From Clostridiales bacterium (lineage in GTDB: Bacteria; Bacillota; Clostridia; Ch29): 59,193 nt of DNA. A program made the translations under genes and the position numbers. Position 1 is the first letter of the stretch. Each line of letters begins with the position of its first letter. The DNA lies in assembly GCA_012523075.1 (NCBI GenBank), contig JAAYJF010000061.1, forward strand, positions 1 through 59,193, given 5' to 3'. Below the pieces are notes generated by a model. The model saw only the letters and a list, made by a program, of their open reading frames with translations, ran no database searches and was not told the DNA's origin. Positions 27,490 through 37,737 of this stretch are shown piece after piece.

Positions 27490-28371
27490 CTACTTTATCA
27501 ACTCCGGATTAAGCAAAGCTGCATATTCTCCGTTTTCCGACAAAGGCTTTGAATAGATTGCTATTATCACTTTGTCCAGACACCGGCTTCCAATGATTAC
27601 CCCGTCCGCCTTAAAGCCCAGCAGCATCCCCTTTTCTTTACCAAGGGAGCTAAAGGGGATAAGCCGGAGCCTGGATACCCAGTTCGCTTGCTTGAAACCT
27701 TCGTATATATTTTCCAGGTCGTCCTCAAGGTTCTGTTCAAATATTTCCCTTATGCCCTCATGAAGCAGTTCCTTAACCGCCGAGTACTGTACCACAATTA
27801 CTGGATAATTGGTGATGGGGTCAAAAAGCTCATTCCCGGTATCCAAAAGTCCTACTGCCTCCACCCATTTGTCCCCGACGTTTATCGCAAAACTGCGGTA
27901 GAGGGACCTCTTCTCCAGGTAACCGTAAAGCGGTACCAAACACAGCCTTATAATAATTATGGTGACCAGTCCTGCCCCCGCCAGTACCGACAGCGGTATA
28001 CCCTTAATCAGGAAAACACCGCCTTCGGTAACGGTGCCGGTATTGGTGAAATAAAAAAGCCCGAAAACTGCTCCGCCGAGGATAAAGGAAATCAGATAGA
28101 ACACCGACAGCTGCTTTAAAAACTCCCGGAACCGGATGGGGGTAAAAGCAATTACTATAATGAGCAGCGATAAAAGCACCTTCATTACGGTAGTGTAAAG
28201 GAAATTATATCCGGGGAAAAAAATCAGCAGCGCATACAATGCACCTACAACCGAAGCTGCAAGCATTTTGATTCTGCCGGCATGCACCTTAAGGGTTATT
28301 GATGTCAGCCAAAGGATAAGATAGTTCATAACTATGTTTTCCAGAAGTAGTATGTCTGCATAAATATCCAT
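27490..28371 (-). CDS. spoIIGA: Pro-sigmaE processing aspartic protease
   Basis: Multiple TM segments, catalytic [15 protein letters not shown]; directly upstream of sigE. Confidence 0.95.
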   Translation of the reverse strand: MDIYADILLLENIVMNYLILWLTSITLKVHAGRIKMLAASVVGALYALLIFFPGYNFLYTTVMKVLLSLLIIVIAFTPIRFREFLKQLSVFYLISFILGGAVFGLFYFTNTGTVTEGGVFLIKGIPLSVLAGAGLVTIIIIRLCLVPLYGYLEKRSLYRSFAINVGDKWVEAVGLLDTGNELFDPITNYPVIVVQYSAVKELLHEGIREIFEQNLEDDLENIYEGFKQANWVSRLRLIPFSSLGKEKGMLLGFKADGVIIGSRCLDKVIIAIYSKPLSENGEYAALLNPELIK

Positions 28372-28460
28372 ATGGACCCCCGGCCAACCTTTATTCCGGT
28401 CAGGCTAATCTCATATTACAATTATTATTCACCTGCCTTAATCGGTATGATTATTATAAC

Positions 28461-28931
28461 TCATGCCGGTTTAAAATTTTGTCGTTTGCTGAGCAGCTCT
28501 CTTCGATAACATTCTCTTAAACCTTCCATAATTCCCTGGATTATATATCCTTTTTTATTCTCATCGGTAAGAATGGACCTGTCTGCAGCATTGGTCCTAT
28601 AGCCGCAGACAACAAGTATATCCCAGGCCGTGTCCTCTGCCCTAATGCCTCTGTTCATAAAGTGGGTGCTTTCGCAAATGCCGTCGATAATGTGTTTGGC
28701 CAGCCTTTCATTTGCGAAACTTTTTGTGTTGTAGAGCGCCTCCACTCCCCGGGTGTTTAGGTTATCGCTTACCCCCTCCTCCAGCATAATACGTATTTCG
28801 GCTCCCCCTTTGCCTTCCGAAAATTCACATTCCATCCCCATTGGGTTTAAGTGCAGCCATGCCAGATATCGGGCAAACCCTTCCAAATTCCCTATCCAGA
28901 ACCCCGGACGAGCCTCTATCCGTACCCTCAC
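28461..28931 (-). CDS. Degenerate N-acetylmuramoyl-L-alanine amidase (Amidase_3)-like protein
   Basis: RGVEALY...ERLAKHI..GI......NRGIR...ILVVCGYRTN..D follows the Amidase_3 C-terminal pattern, but Zn ligands are not evident. GTG start chosen from the GGGTGGTG RBS. Confidence 0.6.
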   Translation of the reverse strand: MRVRIEARPGFWIGNLEGFARYLAWLHLNPMGMECEFSEGKGGAEIRIMLEEGVSDNLNTRGVEALYNTKSFANERLAKHIIDGICESTHFMNRGIRAEDTAWDILVVCGYRTNAADRSILTDENKKGYIIQGIMEGLRECYRRELLSKRQNFKPA

Positions 28932-29003
28932 AATAACACCACCCGAAAGAATTTTTTTTAGGCCCCTGTTTAAAGGCCATATTATCATTCTATTCGGTAA
29001 AAT

Positions 29004-29044
29004 AAAAAAAGGAACTGAAATCCAAGCAAGAACTTCAGTCCCTT
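29004..29044 (-). terminator. Terminator of ftsAZ
   Basis: Minus strand AAGGGACTGAA...TTCAGTTCCTT followed by a T run. Confidence 0.7.
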
Positions 29045-29049
29045 AAAAT

Positions 29050-29119
29050 CACCAACTGTTACCCGCAAATCCTACCCTGACGCCTACCAACTACCAGCTA
29101 CCAACTACGAACTGGCATC
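29050..29119. repeat. Degenerate heptamer tandem array, copy C (10 units)
   Basis: caccaac tgttacc cgcaaat cctaccc tgacgcc taccaac taccagc taccaac tacgaac tggcatc; colinear with 16221-16269. Confidence 0.75.
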
Positions 29120-29124
29120 TGCTT

Positions 29125-30204
29125 CTACTTCACACTCTTATTCTTCCGCAAAAAGGTAGGTATATCCAGGTCTATTCCTTCATAGTCGCCGAAAAGACTG
29201 TCCTTATCCTTCTTTTTGTCATCCCTTTCCCTTAACGGCTTTTGGGGCTTGTCACCGCTAAAGCCGGTAGCTATTACGGTTATCCGTATCTCATCCTTAA
29301 GGTTTTCGTCTATTACTGCTCCGAATATGATGTTTGCCTCGGGGTCCGCAGACTGCGACACAAGCTCGGCTGCTTCGTTCACTTCAAACAGGCCAAGGTT
29401 GGGCCCACCGGTGATATTCAGCAATACCCCCTTGGCTCCCTCAATAGAGGTCTCCAACAGCGGGCTATGAATCGCTAGCTTTGCGGCTTCGGTGGCTCTG
29501 TTTTCGCCGTTGGAGTAGCCAATTCCCATATGAGCCATTCCGGTGTTAAGCATAATTGTCTTAACATCTGCAAAGTCCAGGTTAACAAGACCCGGCACCG
29601 CGATAAGGTCTGAAATGCCCTGCACCCCCTGCCTCAGTACATCGTCGGCGGTGGCAAAGGCTTCTATTATTGAGGTCTTTTTCTCGGATATCTGCAGCAA
29701 CCTGTCGTTGGGTATAATGACCAGGGTATCCACTTTGTCCTTAAGCTCTTTGGTACCCTCCTCCGCATGCAACGCTCTCTTCCGGCCCTCAAAGGTAAAA
29801 GGTTTGGTCACAACTCCAACCGTCAGTATTCCAAGCTGTTTGGCGATATCCGCTATCACCGGAGCGGCTCCCGTTCCCGTACCGCCTCCCATACCGGCCG
29901 TTATGAATACCATGTCAGAACCCTGTATTACATTATGGATGATTTCTCTGCTTTCTTCGGCAGCCTTCAACCCGATTTCGGGATTTGCCCCTGCACCCAG
30001 GCCCTTGGTGAGCTTTTCACCAATCTGAATCTTCTGGGAGGCATTCGACAATAAGAGGGCCTGCCTGTCGGTGTTAATTGCTACAAACTCTACTCCTTTC
30101 AGCCCTGCTTCGATCATTCTGTTAACAGCGTTACTGCCCCCGCCGCCAACACCAATTACTTTGATTACCGCAAACTGATTGCTTTCCATATCAAATTCCA
30201 GCAT
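29125..30204 (-). CDS. ftsZ: Cell division protein FtsZ
   Basis: GGGTGTG tubulin signature, NLDFADV, C-terminal DIPTFLRK. Confidence 0.99.
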   Translation of the reverse strand: MLEFDMESNQFAVIKVIGVGGGGSNAVNRMIEAGLKGVEFVAINTDRQALLLSNASQKIQIGEKLTKGLGAGANPEIGLKAAEESREIIHNVIQGSDMVFITAGMGGGTGTGAAPVIADIAKQLGILTVGVVTKPFTFEGRKRALHAEEGTKELKDKVDTLVIIPNDRLLQISEKKTSIIEAFATADDVLRQGVQGISDLIAVPGLVNLDFADVKTIMLNTGMAHMGIGYSNGENRATEAAKLAIHSPLLETSIEGAKGVLLNITGGPNLGLFEVNEAAELVSQSADPEANIIFGAVIDENLKDEIRITVIATGFSGDKPQKPLRERDDKKKDKDSLFGDYEGIDLDIPTFLRKNKSVK

Positions 30205-30269
30205 AGCTGTTACCCCCTTTTTTACTCGGTACCCCTTACAGTCCCTTCATCCGGCGAGATACTCCGTGT

Positions 30270-31520
30270 TTAGAAGTATTCGTCCAGGAAGTCCTTTATC
30301 CTGTTTAGTGTACCGCCCTTTTGTAGTTGTCTGTTCTTGGGTTTGCCAAACAATGCAGCCTTTTTTGATACTCCCTTCAATTCGCCGGGGTAATAGTGCT
30401 TTCTTCCTGCCAGGTATTTCACTATACCAACCCCCGACGAGTATACCGGAGAACTTACTCCTATGTATTCAGGGATACCTATCCTGACAGGTAGCCCCGT
30501 TACTTCCTGTGCCACCTCTTTGCACCCTTTGAGAAAACTCACCCCGCCGCCGGTTATCACCACGCCGGAGGACAGTGCATTCTTTATTCCGCTTTTAACA
30601 AGCTCCCGGTTCACCAGGAAGAATATCTCATAAACCCTTGCCTCAATTATTTCGCAGAATTCCTCAACGCTCACTTCACGCTGGTCGCCGTCGGCGATCC
30701 CCTTGACAGGTACAGTTTCCTGCTGCGCATACCCCGGTTTGACAATCCCGTACTGTTTTTTTAAGTTCTCTGCCTCGCCGTAACTGATGCGGAGGCCCAC
30801 CGCCAGGTCGTTTGTAATGCTGTCGCCACCAACGGGAATAAAGCCGGAGCTTTTCAGCATGCCGTTCTCAAAGACCGAATATTCTGTCTTCCCCGCCCCC
30901 ACATCAATAATCAGCACTCCAAGTTCCTTTTCATCCTTTGTAAGCAGCACCTCTCCAAGGGCAAGGGGTTCTGCCACCACCCCTTCTATGTTAAGACCGG
31001 CCCGTTGCACACTCCTTATAAGATTCTGGAGTGTAGTACTGCTACAAGTCACTATACCGGCATCCATCTCCAGCCTGGTTCCGAACATGCCTACCGGGTC
31101 CCGAATCTCGTCATAACCGTCAACAATAAACTGCAATGGTATAACGTCCACTATCTCCTTCTCCGGGGGCAGAGCAAATATCCTTGCTGCCTGCATAACC
31201 CTCCGCACGTCCTCACCGGTTATTTCCCGGTCCTCCCTGGTTACCGCTATCACACCCCTGTTCTCGTACAGATTCACGTGGCCGCCGGATATGTTTATGA
31301 ATACCGAATCCACTTCCATATTGGTCATATTACAAAGCTGTTCCACCGCCTGTTCGACGGCCATGGTAGTACTCTCTATATCAACCACAACACCCTTTTT
31401 GACTCCGTTGTTGGGGCTAATTCCAACACCCAGTATCTGAATACCGCTGGAACCTAACTTTGCTAAGACTGCGCTTACCTTAGACGTTCCGATATCCAAG
31501 CCGGCAATAATATTATCCAT
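30270..31520 (-). CDS. ftsA: Cell division protein FtsA
   Basis: GLDIGTSKV, IDVGAGKT, VITGG and an amphipathic C-terminal helix. Confidence 0.97.
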   Translation of the reverse strand: MDNIIAGLDIGTSKVSAVLAKLGSSGIQILGVGISPNNGVKKGVVVDIESTTMAVEQAVEQLCNMTNMEVDSVFINISGGHVNLYENRGVIAVTREDREITGEDVRRVMQAARIFALPPEKEIVDVIPLQFIVDGYDEIRDPVGMFGTRLEMDAGIVTCSSTTLQNLIRSVQRAGLNIEGVVAEPLALGEVLLTKDEKELGVLIIDVGAGKTEYSVFENGMLKSSGFIPVGGDSITNDLAVGLRISYGEAENLKKQYGIVKPGYAQQETVPVKGIADGDQREVSVEEFCEIIEARVYEIFFLVNRELVKSGIKNALSSGVVITGGGVSFLKGCKEVAQEVTGLPVRIGIPEYIGVSSPVYSSGVGIVKYLAGRKHYYPGELKGVSKKAALFGKPKNRQLQKGGTLNRIKDFLDEYF

Positions 31521-31578
31521 ACATCTTCTGCCCCCTTTAGGCCCATCCGCTTGTCAAATAGCACAGTTCAATAATAAA

Positions 31579-31606
31579 TTTCAACGCGGCTGTACCTTTT
31601 CCTTTA
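31579..31606 (-). promoter_or_regulatory. Putative sigmaH promoter of ftsAZ
   Basis: Minus strand AAAGGAAAA...GTTGAAAT; ftsAZ has a sigmaH promoter in B. subtilis. Confidence 0.5.
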
Positions 31607-31617
31607 TTTTTATCAAA

Positions 31618-31974
31618 TTATTTTGTTGATTCCCTGCGTATGTTGAACAGGTGACGCCTTATAACCGCAAAGTTCTGGAATAGTCTTGTGCCGAACACAA
31701 CAACCGCAGCAAGGTATATGGGCACACCCAGCCTGTCTCCCATATAAGCAAGCGAAGCCGCCAGTATTGCGTTGCCGAAGAAACCGGTTATAAATATGTC
31801 GCTTTCAAAACTGTTTTCCAAGGATGCCCTTATGCCCCCGAACACCGAGTCCAAGGCCGCCAGTATTGCTACCGAAAGATATGCGGAATATACCACCGGT
31901 ACGTTAAACGGAAAAAATAAACCCAAAAGTATTCCTAAAGCAAGCCCTATAAGTGGTAGTATCAATTCATTCAC
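31618..31974 (-). CDS. sbp: Small basic protein Sbp (DUF1290)
   Basis: YLSVAILAALDSVFGGIRA...FGTRLFQNFAVIRR. Confidence 0.92.
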   Translation of the reverse strand: MNELILPLIGLALGILLGLFFPFNVPVVYSAYLSVAILAALDSVFGGIRASLENSFESDIFITGFFGNAILAASLAYMGDRLGVPIYLAAVVVFGTRLFQNFAVIRRHLFNIRRESTK

Positions 31975-32692
31975 CCTCTTTTTGTGTTTTCACGTATTTA
32001 AAACTGGTTCTGCCGGTATATGCTGGAACAACCAGCTCCTCCTTTTGTTCCACGCTTACCTGAAGCCCGTAATATTCCAGCAGGTCAAGATATCCGCTCT
32101 CGCGGCCGCTCATATACCCGTAAAGGGTATTGGGCTCCCCAATGGCCGTTATTGTATAGGGGGGTGCATATCTCACCGAATTGATGTTTATTGTAGGTCC
32201 CCCGCATCGTATCTCTGTATTGAACATTATCCTCTGGCCGTTTATTGCTATCGCCTCGGCCCCGGCGGCCTTCAGCTCGGAAACAACCGTTAGAATGTCC
32301 TCGTCATGGACCAGTAATAGATTTGGGTCGTTGTTCGATGTCATCTCCCAGCTACTATCGTCAAGTACGATTTCTATACCCGGCCCGGTAACCGCCGTCA
32401 GCCCAGCCAGCATCTTTACTTGCTCAAGCTGCTGCTGTAGTATCTCATTCAAGTCCCCCTGCTGGTTCACTGCCTTTTCGTATTCCCGCAGCCTGCTCCT
32501 TAAATCGCCGTATTGATGCTGCAGGCCTTCTATTTCGGCCCTGGTATTGTGCAGTTCGTTTTCGAGTTGCGGTACCGTCTCTGGTGTAACTATCCCTACC
32601 CCTTCCCGGGATGCGGTAAACTGAACGGTAAATGTCAGCCCCAATAACAGTGCTCCCAAAAACATTACACCACTTTTGTACAGCCTATCCAT
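31967..32692 (-). CDS. DUF881 family protein (YlxW/YlxX-like)
   Basis: AGLTAVTGPGI, VHDEDI, AGAEAIAINGQRI, PPYTITAIG. Confidence 0.92.
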   Translation of the reverse strand: MDRLYKSGVMFLGALLLGLTFTVQFTASREGVGIVTPETVPQLENELHNTRAEIEGLQHQYGDLRSRLREYEKAVNQQGDLNEILQQQLEQVKMLAGLTAVTGPGIEIVLDDSSWEMTSNNDPNLLLVHDEDILTVVSELKAAGAEAIAINGQRIMFNTEIRCGGPTININSVRYAPPYTITAIGEPNTLYGYMSGRESGYLDLLEYYGLQVSVEQKEELVVPAYTGRTSFKYVKTQKEGE

Positions 32693-32703
32693 CCGCCTTC
32701 CCC

Positions 32704-33408
32704 CTACTTGTTTACCGGTTCCGCATACTTAAACTCAAGCACTTTACTGTATCTGGGTACAAATACGTCCTGTTCCTTCTTTATGCTTACCGCAATACCG
32801 TAGTACTCAAGCTCCTCAATGATACCACCCTTTAGCTTTAAAGCAGCCTCAAGAGTCTGGGGATCGCCAATGGCCTTGAATACAAAGGGAGGGGCAAACC
32901 TCTGATAGTTAATGTTTATATGGGAACCCGCAAGCCTTATCTCGGTTGTGGCTATAACCCTTTGCTCGTTTATCGATACCGCCTCCGCCCCGGCAGCGTT
33001 CAGCTCGTTAAGCACCTTCAGCAGCTTGTCATAGTGTATATAGAACACATTAAAATCCTGTTCGGGCTGGGCCTCGACCAGCGTAACCACCACCCCCGGA
33101 CCCCCGACATCGGTAAGGCCAGCCAGAAGACGTGCCCTTTCCAGGTCCTGCCTCATGCCTTCTGCTATCACACTCACCTCGGCGGCGGATTCCTCGTACT
33201 GCAGTATCCTGCTTTCGTATTCCTTAACCCTCTGCTGCAGCGAATCCCTTTGTTCCTTTGCATCCTTTAATTCGCTCGCTAGTTCCTGGGCTCTTTGTAC
33301 AGACAGTATACCTCCGTAGTATTGCACGTTTCGAAACTGCAGCGTCAGCATAAGACCCAACACCAGACACACAAGACCTATTGAAAGCTGTGCCTTAATT
33401 GTTTTCAC
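32704..33408 (-). CDS. DUF881 family protein (YlxW/YlxX-like)
   Basis: AGLTDVGGPGV, NELNAAGAEAVSINEQRV, PPFVFKAIGD. GTG 33408 after GGAGG. Confidence 0.92.
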   Translation of the reverse strand: MKTIKAQLSIGLVCLVLGLMLTLQFRNVQYYGGILSVQRAQELASELKDAKEQRDSLQQRVKEYESRILQYEESAAEVSVIAEGMRQDLERARLLAGLTDVGGPGVVVTLVEAQPEQDFNVFYIHYDKLLKVLNELNAAGAEAVSINEQRVIATTEIRLAGSHININYQRFAPPFVFKAIGDPQTLEAALKLKGGIIEELEYYGIAVSIKKEQDVFVPRYSKVLEFKYAEPVNK

Positions 33409-33425
33409 ATTCCTTCCTCCCAATC

Positions 33426-34163
33426 CTACCAAGGCCTGAAAAAGGCCCTTTCCCCGCAGGTGACGTCTATTTCCCCGCCCACCTCCTGGGAGTAAAGCTT
33501 CTCCAGTATGGTATTGCTGTAACTTAGCTTATAGTCTAATTCCTCAATATCCCCTATCCTTATTATAAACCTATCAGCCAAAGCTATAACAATATCTTCC
33601 GGGTCCTCTACGTCAACCTTTATAGGAGCGTATTGAAGAATATTTTTGCCGATACATTTCGAAATATATATAATTTTATCAAATATTTGGTTATTATCAA
33701 TATTAAGTATTTCCTTTGCCTGAAAATTCTCTACCTTTATACCGCTAAATACCGGCAATCCCTCAATGGGGACCTCGGCGGTCGCACTTATAACCCTTCT
33801 CTCGTTGTCCACCAGGAGGAAACTCCCCATATAGGGTATGTATCCTATAAGGTCCCTTTCCTTCACGGTGATTTTTATGCCATTTGGCAACTGTCTTTCC
33901 ACATCGGCCCTAAGTATATAGGGATGGCCTTCAAGCCACTTAACCGTGTTTTTTAAGTCTATCCTGAATATATTCATTCCAGGGTTGATGCCGGCGTACT
34001 CAACAATTTCCTTTTCGTCCACAAAGCTGTTCCCCTGTACAGTGATATCGGATATGCAAAAAAAGCTTGTCCGTACAAAGGCCAGCAGTCCGACTGTGAC
34101 AGCCAAAATGAGAAGCAGCAAAACCGGGCCTAACCTATATCTATTCTCTTTACCCCTTCCCAT
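33426..34163 (-). CDS. ftsQ: Cell division protein FtsQ/DivIB
   Basis: One TM segment, then a POTRA domain (ITVQGN...NIF...HPYI.RADVERQLPN.IKITVKER). Start is approximate. Confidence 0.88.
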   Translation of the reverse strand: MGRGKENRYRLGPVLLLLILAVTVGLLAFVRTSFFCISDITVQGNSFVDEKEIVEYAGINPGMNIFRIDLKNTVKWLEGHPYILRADVERQLPNGIKITVKERDLIGYIPYMGSFLLVDNERRVISATAEVPIEGLPVFSGIKVENFQAKEILNIDNNQIFDKIIYISKCIGKNILQYAPIKVDVEDPEDIVIALADRFIIRIGDIEELDYKLSYSNTILEKLYSQEVGGEIDVTCGERAFFRPW

Positions 34164-34176
34164 TTTACCCATCTCC

Positions 34177-35424
34177 CTATACCATGGTAATTTCTGCACC
34201 CAGGCTTTTCAGTTTCTCTCCCAGGTTCTCATAACCCCTGTCAATATGTTCTATGCCTTCCACTTCGGTGACCCCTTCCGCTGCCAGGCCTGCCAACACC
34301 AGTGCCGCTCCTCCCCTTAAATCCTTTGCCGTAACCAGTGCACCGCTTAGCCTGGGAACGCCTCTTACTACGGCTATCCTCCCGTCAACCTTGATATCCG
34401 CCCCAAGCTTTATCAGCTCGTCTATATGCCTGTACCTGTTCTCAAATATGGTCTCAACAAATATACTGGTACCTGCGGCAAAGCACATGGCTGCCATCAT
34501 CTGCGGCTGTGCATCGGTAGGAAAACCGGGGTAAGGCAGCGTTCTTATAAGGTCTATAGCCTTAAGCCTCTTCGGAGCGATAACCCTCATTTCGCTGCAG
34601 TTGGTCTTTATTATGCAGCCGCTTTCCTTGAGTTTGTCTGTTATCGGGTGCAGGTGCTCCACTATGGCATTCTCCAACGTAATATCTCCACCCGTTACGG
34701 CGGCAGCAGCCATATAGGTCCCGGCCGCTATACGGTCTGTCATAACTGTGTACCTGCAATCGTGAAGCTTTCTCACGCCCTCTATCCTTATCATATGGTT
34801 ACCGGCGCCGAAAACCTTGGCTCCCATTGCATTGAGGAACCCCTGCAAATCCACTATCTCCGGTTCCTTGGCGGCGTTTCTTATCACTGTTTCACCCTTT
34901 GCAAGAACGGCGGCCAGCATAATGTTTTCGGTAGCCCCGACGCTGGGATAATCAAGTTGTATCTCGGTCCCTTTTAAGTCTTCTCCTTCGCATATTATCT
35001 GCCCGTGCATTTCCACGCTGGCGCCCAACTGGCGTAGCCCCTTCAGGTGCAAATCAATGGGCCGGACCCCTATTGCGCAGCCTCCCGGGTAGCTGGTTAT
35101 AACCTTTCCGGTCCTGCCCAGCAAAGACCCCAGCAAAACTATTGAAGACCTCATTCTTTTTACCAGTACCGTGGGTATTCTGTTTGAAGTAATATTCGAG
35201 GAATCTACCACAACGGTTTTATCCCGGTATTGCACACGGCACCCCAGATTCTTTAGTATTTCCAGCATTGTAACCACATCGTTTAGCGCAGGTACGTCTT
35301 CTATGACGCTGACGCCTTTATTGAGTATGGTAGCTGCCAGTATAGGGAGTACCGCATTCTTTGCGCCTTCCACCTTAATATTGCCGGTAAGGCGATTTCC
35401 CCCTGTTATCCTGTATAACGACAT
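34177..35424 (-). CDS. murA: UDP-N-acetylglucosamine 1-carboxyvinyltransferase
   Basis: GAKNAVLPI, PGGCAIGVRPIDLH (Cys retained), YPGFPTD, DLRGGAAL. ATG 35424 after GGAGGTG. Confidence 0.96.
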   Translation of the reverse strand: MSLYRITGGNRLTGNIKVEGAKNAVLPILAATILNKGVSVIEDVPALNDVVTMLEILKNLGCRVQYRDKTVVVDSSNITSNRIPTVLVKRMRSSIVLLGSLLGRTGKVITSYPGGCAIGVRPIDLHLKGLRQLGASVEMHGQIICEGEDLKGTEIQLDYPSVGATENIMLAAVLAKGETVIRNAAKEPEIVDLQGFLNAMGAKVFGAGNHMIRIEGVRKLHDCRYTVMTDRIAAGTYMAAAAVTGGDITLENAIVEHLHPITDKLKESGCIIKTNCSEMRVIAPKRLKAIDLIRTLPYPGFPTDAQPQMMAAMCFAAGTSIFVETIFENRYRHIDELIKLGADIKVDGRIAVVRGVPRLSGALVTAKDLRGGAALVLAGLAAEGVTEVEGIEHIDRGYENLGEKLKSLGAEITMV

Positions 35425-35488
35425 TCGTTGTTCCACCTCCGGGATTTCTGCCTCAAAACCATCGGAAAAAAGCAGTATTATATAATCC

Positions 35489-35516
35489 ATACTATGCGAA
35501 ATCCCGAAGAGTGTTA
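35489..35516 (-). promoter_or_regulatory. Putative mother-cell (sigmaK/sigmaE-type) internal promoter before murA
   Basis: Minus strand AACA-15 nt-CATAGTAT in the murG-murA gap. Confidence 0.4.
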
Positions 35517-36626
35517 CCTGTTAACCATCTTTACTATAATATCACATATTCTTTCAGCTGCGTCGGTTTTTCCCATTTCCTTGCCAGCCCTTCTCATAAC
35601 CAAAAGTCCTTCTTTGTCCCTTATAAGGCCGGAAACTTTTTCATATAATACATCCCCATCCAAACGGTTTTCCGGCAGCACCACCGCAGCACCTCTTTTT
35701 TCCAGCGCCCGGGCGTTGTATTCCTGATGGTTTCCCGCCACGTATGACTTGGGTACCAGTACCGCCGGAAGCCCTATCGCCGTTATTTCGGCTATGGTTA
35801 TCGCCCCGGCGCTTGTTATCACCAGGTCCGCCGCCGAAAGGGCTTGGGGCATACGATGTATATATGGTACAATCTTTATATTCTTTTTGCCTTCCGTACT
35901 TATTCCCTTTTCCCGAAGGCCCTCCATGAAGGCCCTGTAGTGGTATTCGCCGGTGGCGTGCAACAACTGGAAACCATCCCCACCGCTCATGCGGCCAATA
36001 AAACCTGTCATAGCCCGATTAAGGCTGGCCGAGCCCTTGCTGCCTCCAAAACATAGTACCATGGGCAGCTCGGGCGAAAACCCAAACTCCTTTACCGCCG
36101 CCACTCTGCTACCCCCCATTATCTCCTGCCTTATGGGGTTACCGGTGACAAAAACCCGGTCCTTTTTTCTGAAATACTGCACCGCCTCTTCAAAGCTAAC
36201 CGCTATGGCACCGGCAAAACGCCCCAGTATCCTGTTGGTTGCACCGGGCAAAACATTCTGCTCGTGTATAAGGATGGGTATACCTTTAAGGTGAGCGGCC
36301 ATAAGCACCGGTCCCGCCACATAACCGCCGGTGCCCACCACAATATCCGGCCGGTACCGTCGGACAAGCCTTTCGGCATCATAAAGCCCTTTAAAAAGCT
36401 CTACGGCGGACCTTAGGGTATCAATGGAGAGCCTACGCTGAAATCCCTTCACCCTTATGGCCTCAAACCGGTATCCGTGCTTTGGAACCAGGCTGCTTTC
36501 CAGCCCGTTGTTGGTGCCTATGTACAAAATCTGTGTCCCCTTATATTTCCTTTTCAACGCATCGGCGATGGACAGCGCCGGGTATATGTGCCCACCGGTC
36601 CCGCCCCCGCTTATTATCACCTTCAT
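35514..36626 (-). CDS. murG: Lipid II GlcNAc transferase MurG
   Basis: GGGTGGHIYP, GTGGYV, HEQN, FGGSKG, HQEYNA. Confidence 0.97.
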   Translation of the reverse strand: MKVIISGGGTGGHIYPALSIADALKRKYKGTQILYIGTNNGLESSLVPKHGYRFEAIRVKGFQRRLSIDTLRSAVELFKGLYDAERLVRRYRPDIVVGTGGYVAGPVLMAAHLKGIPILIHEQNVLPGATNRILGRFAGAIAVSFEEAVQYFRKKDRVFVTGNPIRQEIMGGSRVAAVKEFGFSPELPMVLCFGGSKGSASLNRAMTGFIGRMSGGDGFQLLHATGEYHYRAFMEGLREKGISTEGKKNIKIVPYIHRMPQALSAADLVITSAGAITIAEITAIGLPAVLVPKSYVAGNHQEYNARALEKRGAAVVLPENRLDGDVLYEKVSGLIRDKEGLLVMRRAGKEMGKTDAAERICDIIVKMVNR

Positions 36627-36630
36627 CCAA

Positions 36631-37737
36631 TCAGCTCCAGTTTAAGCTTGTTTTCCTTGATATATTCAGCAGTATACCCACCGCTGAGAGGGTAAAAAAC
36701 AGGGACGACCCGCCGGCACTTATAAACGGGAGCGGTATACCTGTAACCGGCATTGAAGATGTAACCACCGCTATGTTCATTATTACCTGAATGGCTATCA
36801 TGGCTACTACCCCTGCCGCCAGTATGCTGCTGAAGAAATCCGGAGCGTGGATGGCAATCCTTATGCCCCTCCAAATTAGAAGCATAAATAGGAATACTAC
36901 TGTAGCCGCACCGATAAAACCCAGTTCTTCGCCAATTATGGAGAATATAAAATCGTTCTGCGGTAGCGGTATGTAGAAAAATTTCTGTCTGCTCCGTCCT
37001 AAGCCCAGCCCGAACAATCCTCCGGAGCCCAGGGCATACAATGACTGGATTGCCTGGTATCCGCTATCCCTTGGGTCCTGGAAGGGGTCAAGGAATGAAG
37101 TCCACCTATCCATCCGATAGGGTTCGGATATTATCATTATTACAAGGGCTACAAATGCCGGAAGGGCAAGCCCCACCAAATGCCCGATATTCGCGCCCGC
37201 AAGAAATATCATAACTATAACTATCGCCGCTATGCTTACTCCGGTGCTGAAATCAGGCTGGAGCATAATAAGGCCGAATACCACCCCTGCCACCAGCAAG
37301 AAGGGAACCACTCCCTTTATAAAGCTCCTTACATCGTCCTTCTTCCTGTTAAGGGCACTGGCGGTGTATACAATTACGGCCAGCTTTGCAAACTCGGAGG
37401 GCTGTATCGTAATCCCTCCAATGGCTATCCAACGGGTTGCCCCGTTTAGAGTAATACCAAGCCCTGGTATGAATACCAGAAGCAGTGACAATAATCCCGC
37501 TATCAGTATATATTTCGACAGTCTGTCGTAGTTTTCATAGTTAAATTTTGACAGTACAAACATAGCTGTAAATCCCAATATGGCCCACATCATCTGTTTC
37601 TTGAGATAATAATAGCTGTCCCCGTGGGCATAATAGGCACTGGCGGAACTGGAACTAAAGACCATGATAATACCTATTATAACCAGAAGTATTGTTACAA
37701 ACAGTAGCGTAAAATCCACGGCATTATCCTTCTCCAT
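36631..37737 (-). CDS. spoVE: SEDS family protein SpoVE/FtsW
   Basis: GATRWI, QPSEFAKL, QPDF, GYQAIQS, DFIFSIIGEELG, LPFISAGGSS. Confidence 0.93.
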   Translation of the reverse strand: MEKDNAVDFTLLFVTILLVIIGIIMVFSSSSASAYYAHGDSYYYLKKQMMWAILGFTAMFVLSKFNYENYDRLSKYILIAGLLSLLLVFIPGLGITLNGATRWIAIGGITIQPSEFAKLAVIVYTASALNRKKDDVRSFIKGVVPFLLVAGVVFGLIMLQPDFSTGVSIAAIVIVMIFLAGANIGHLVGLALPAFVALVIMIISEPYRMDRWTSFLDPFQDPRDSGYQAIQSLYALGSGGLFGLGLGRSRQKFFYIPLPQNDFIFSIIGEELGFIGAATVVFLFMLLIWRGIRIAIHAPDFFSSILAAGVVAMIAIQVIMNIAVVTSSMPVTGIPLPFISAGGSSLFFTLSAVGILLNISRKTSLNWS

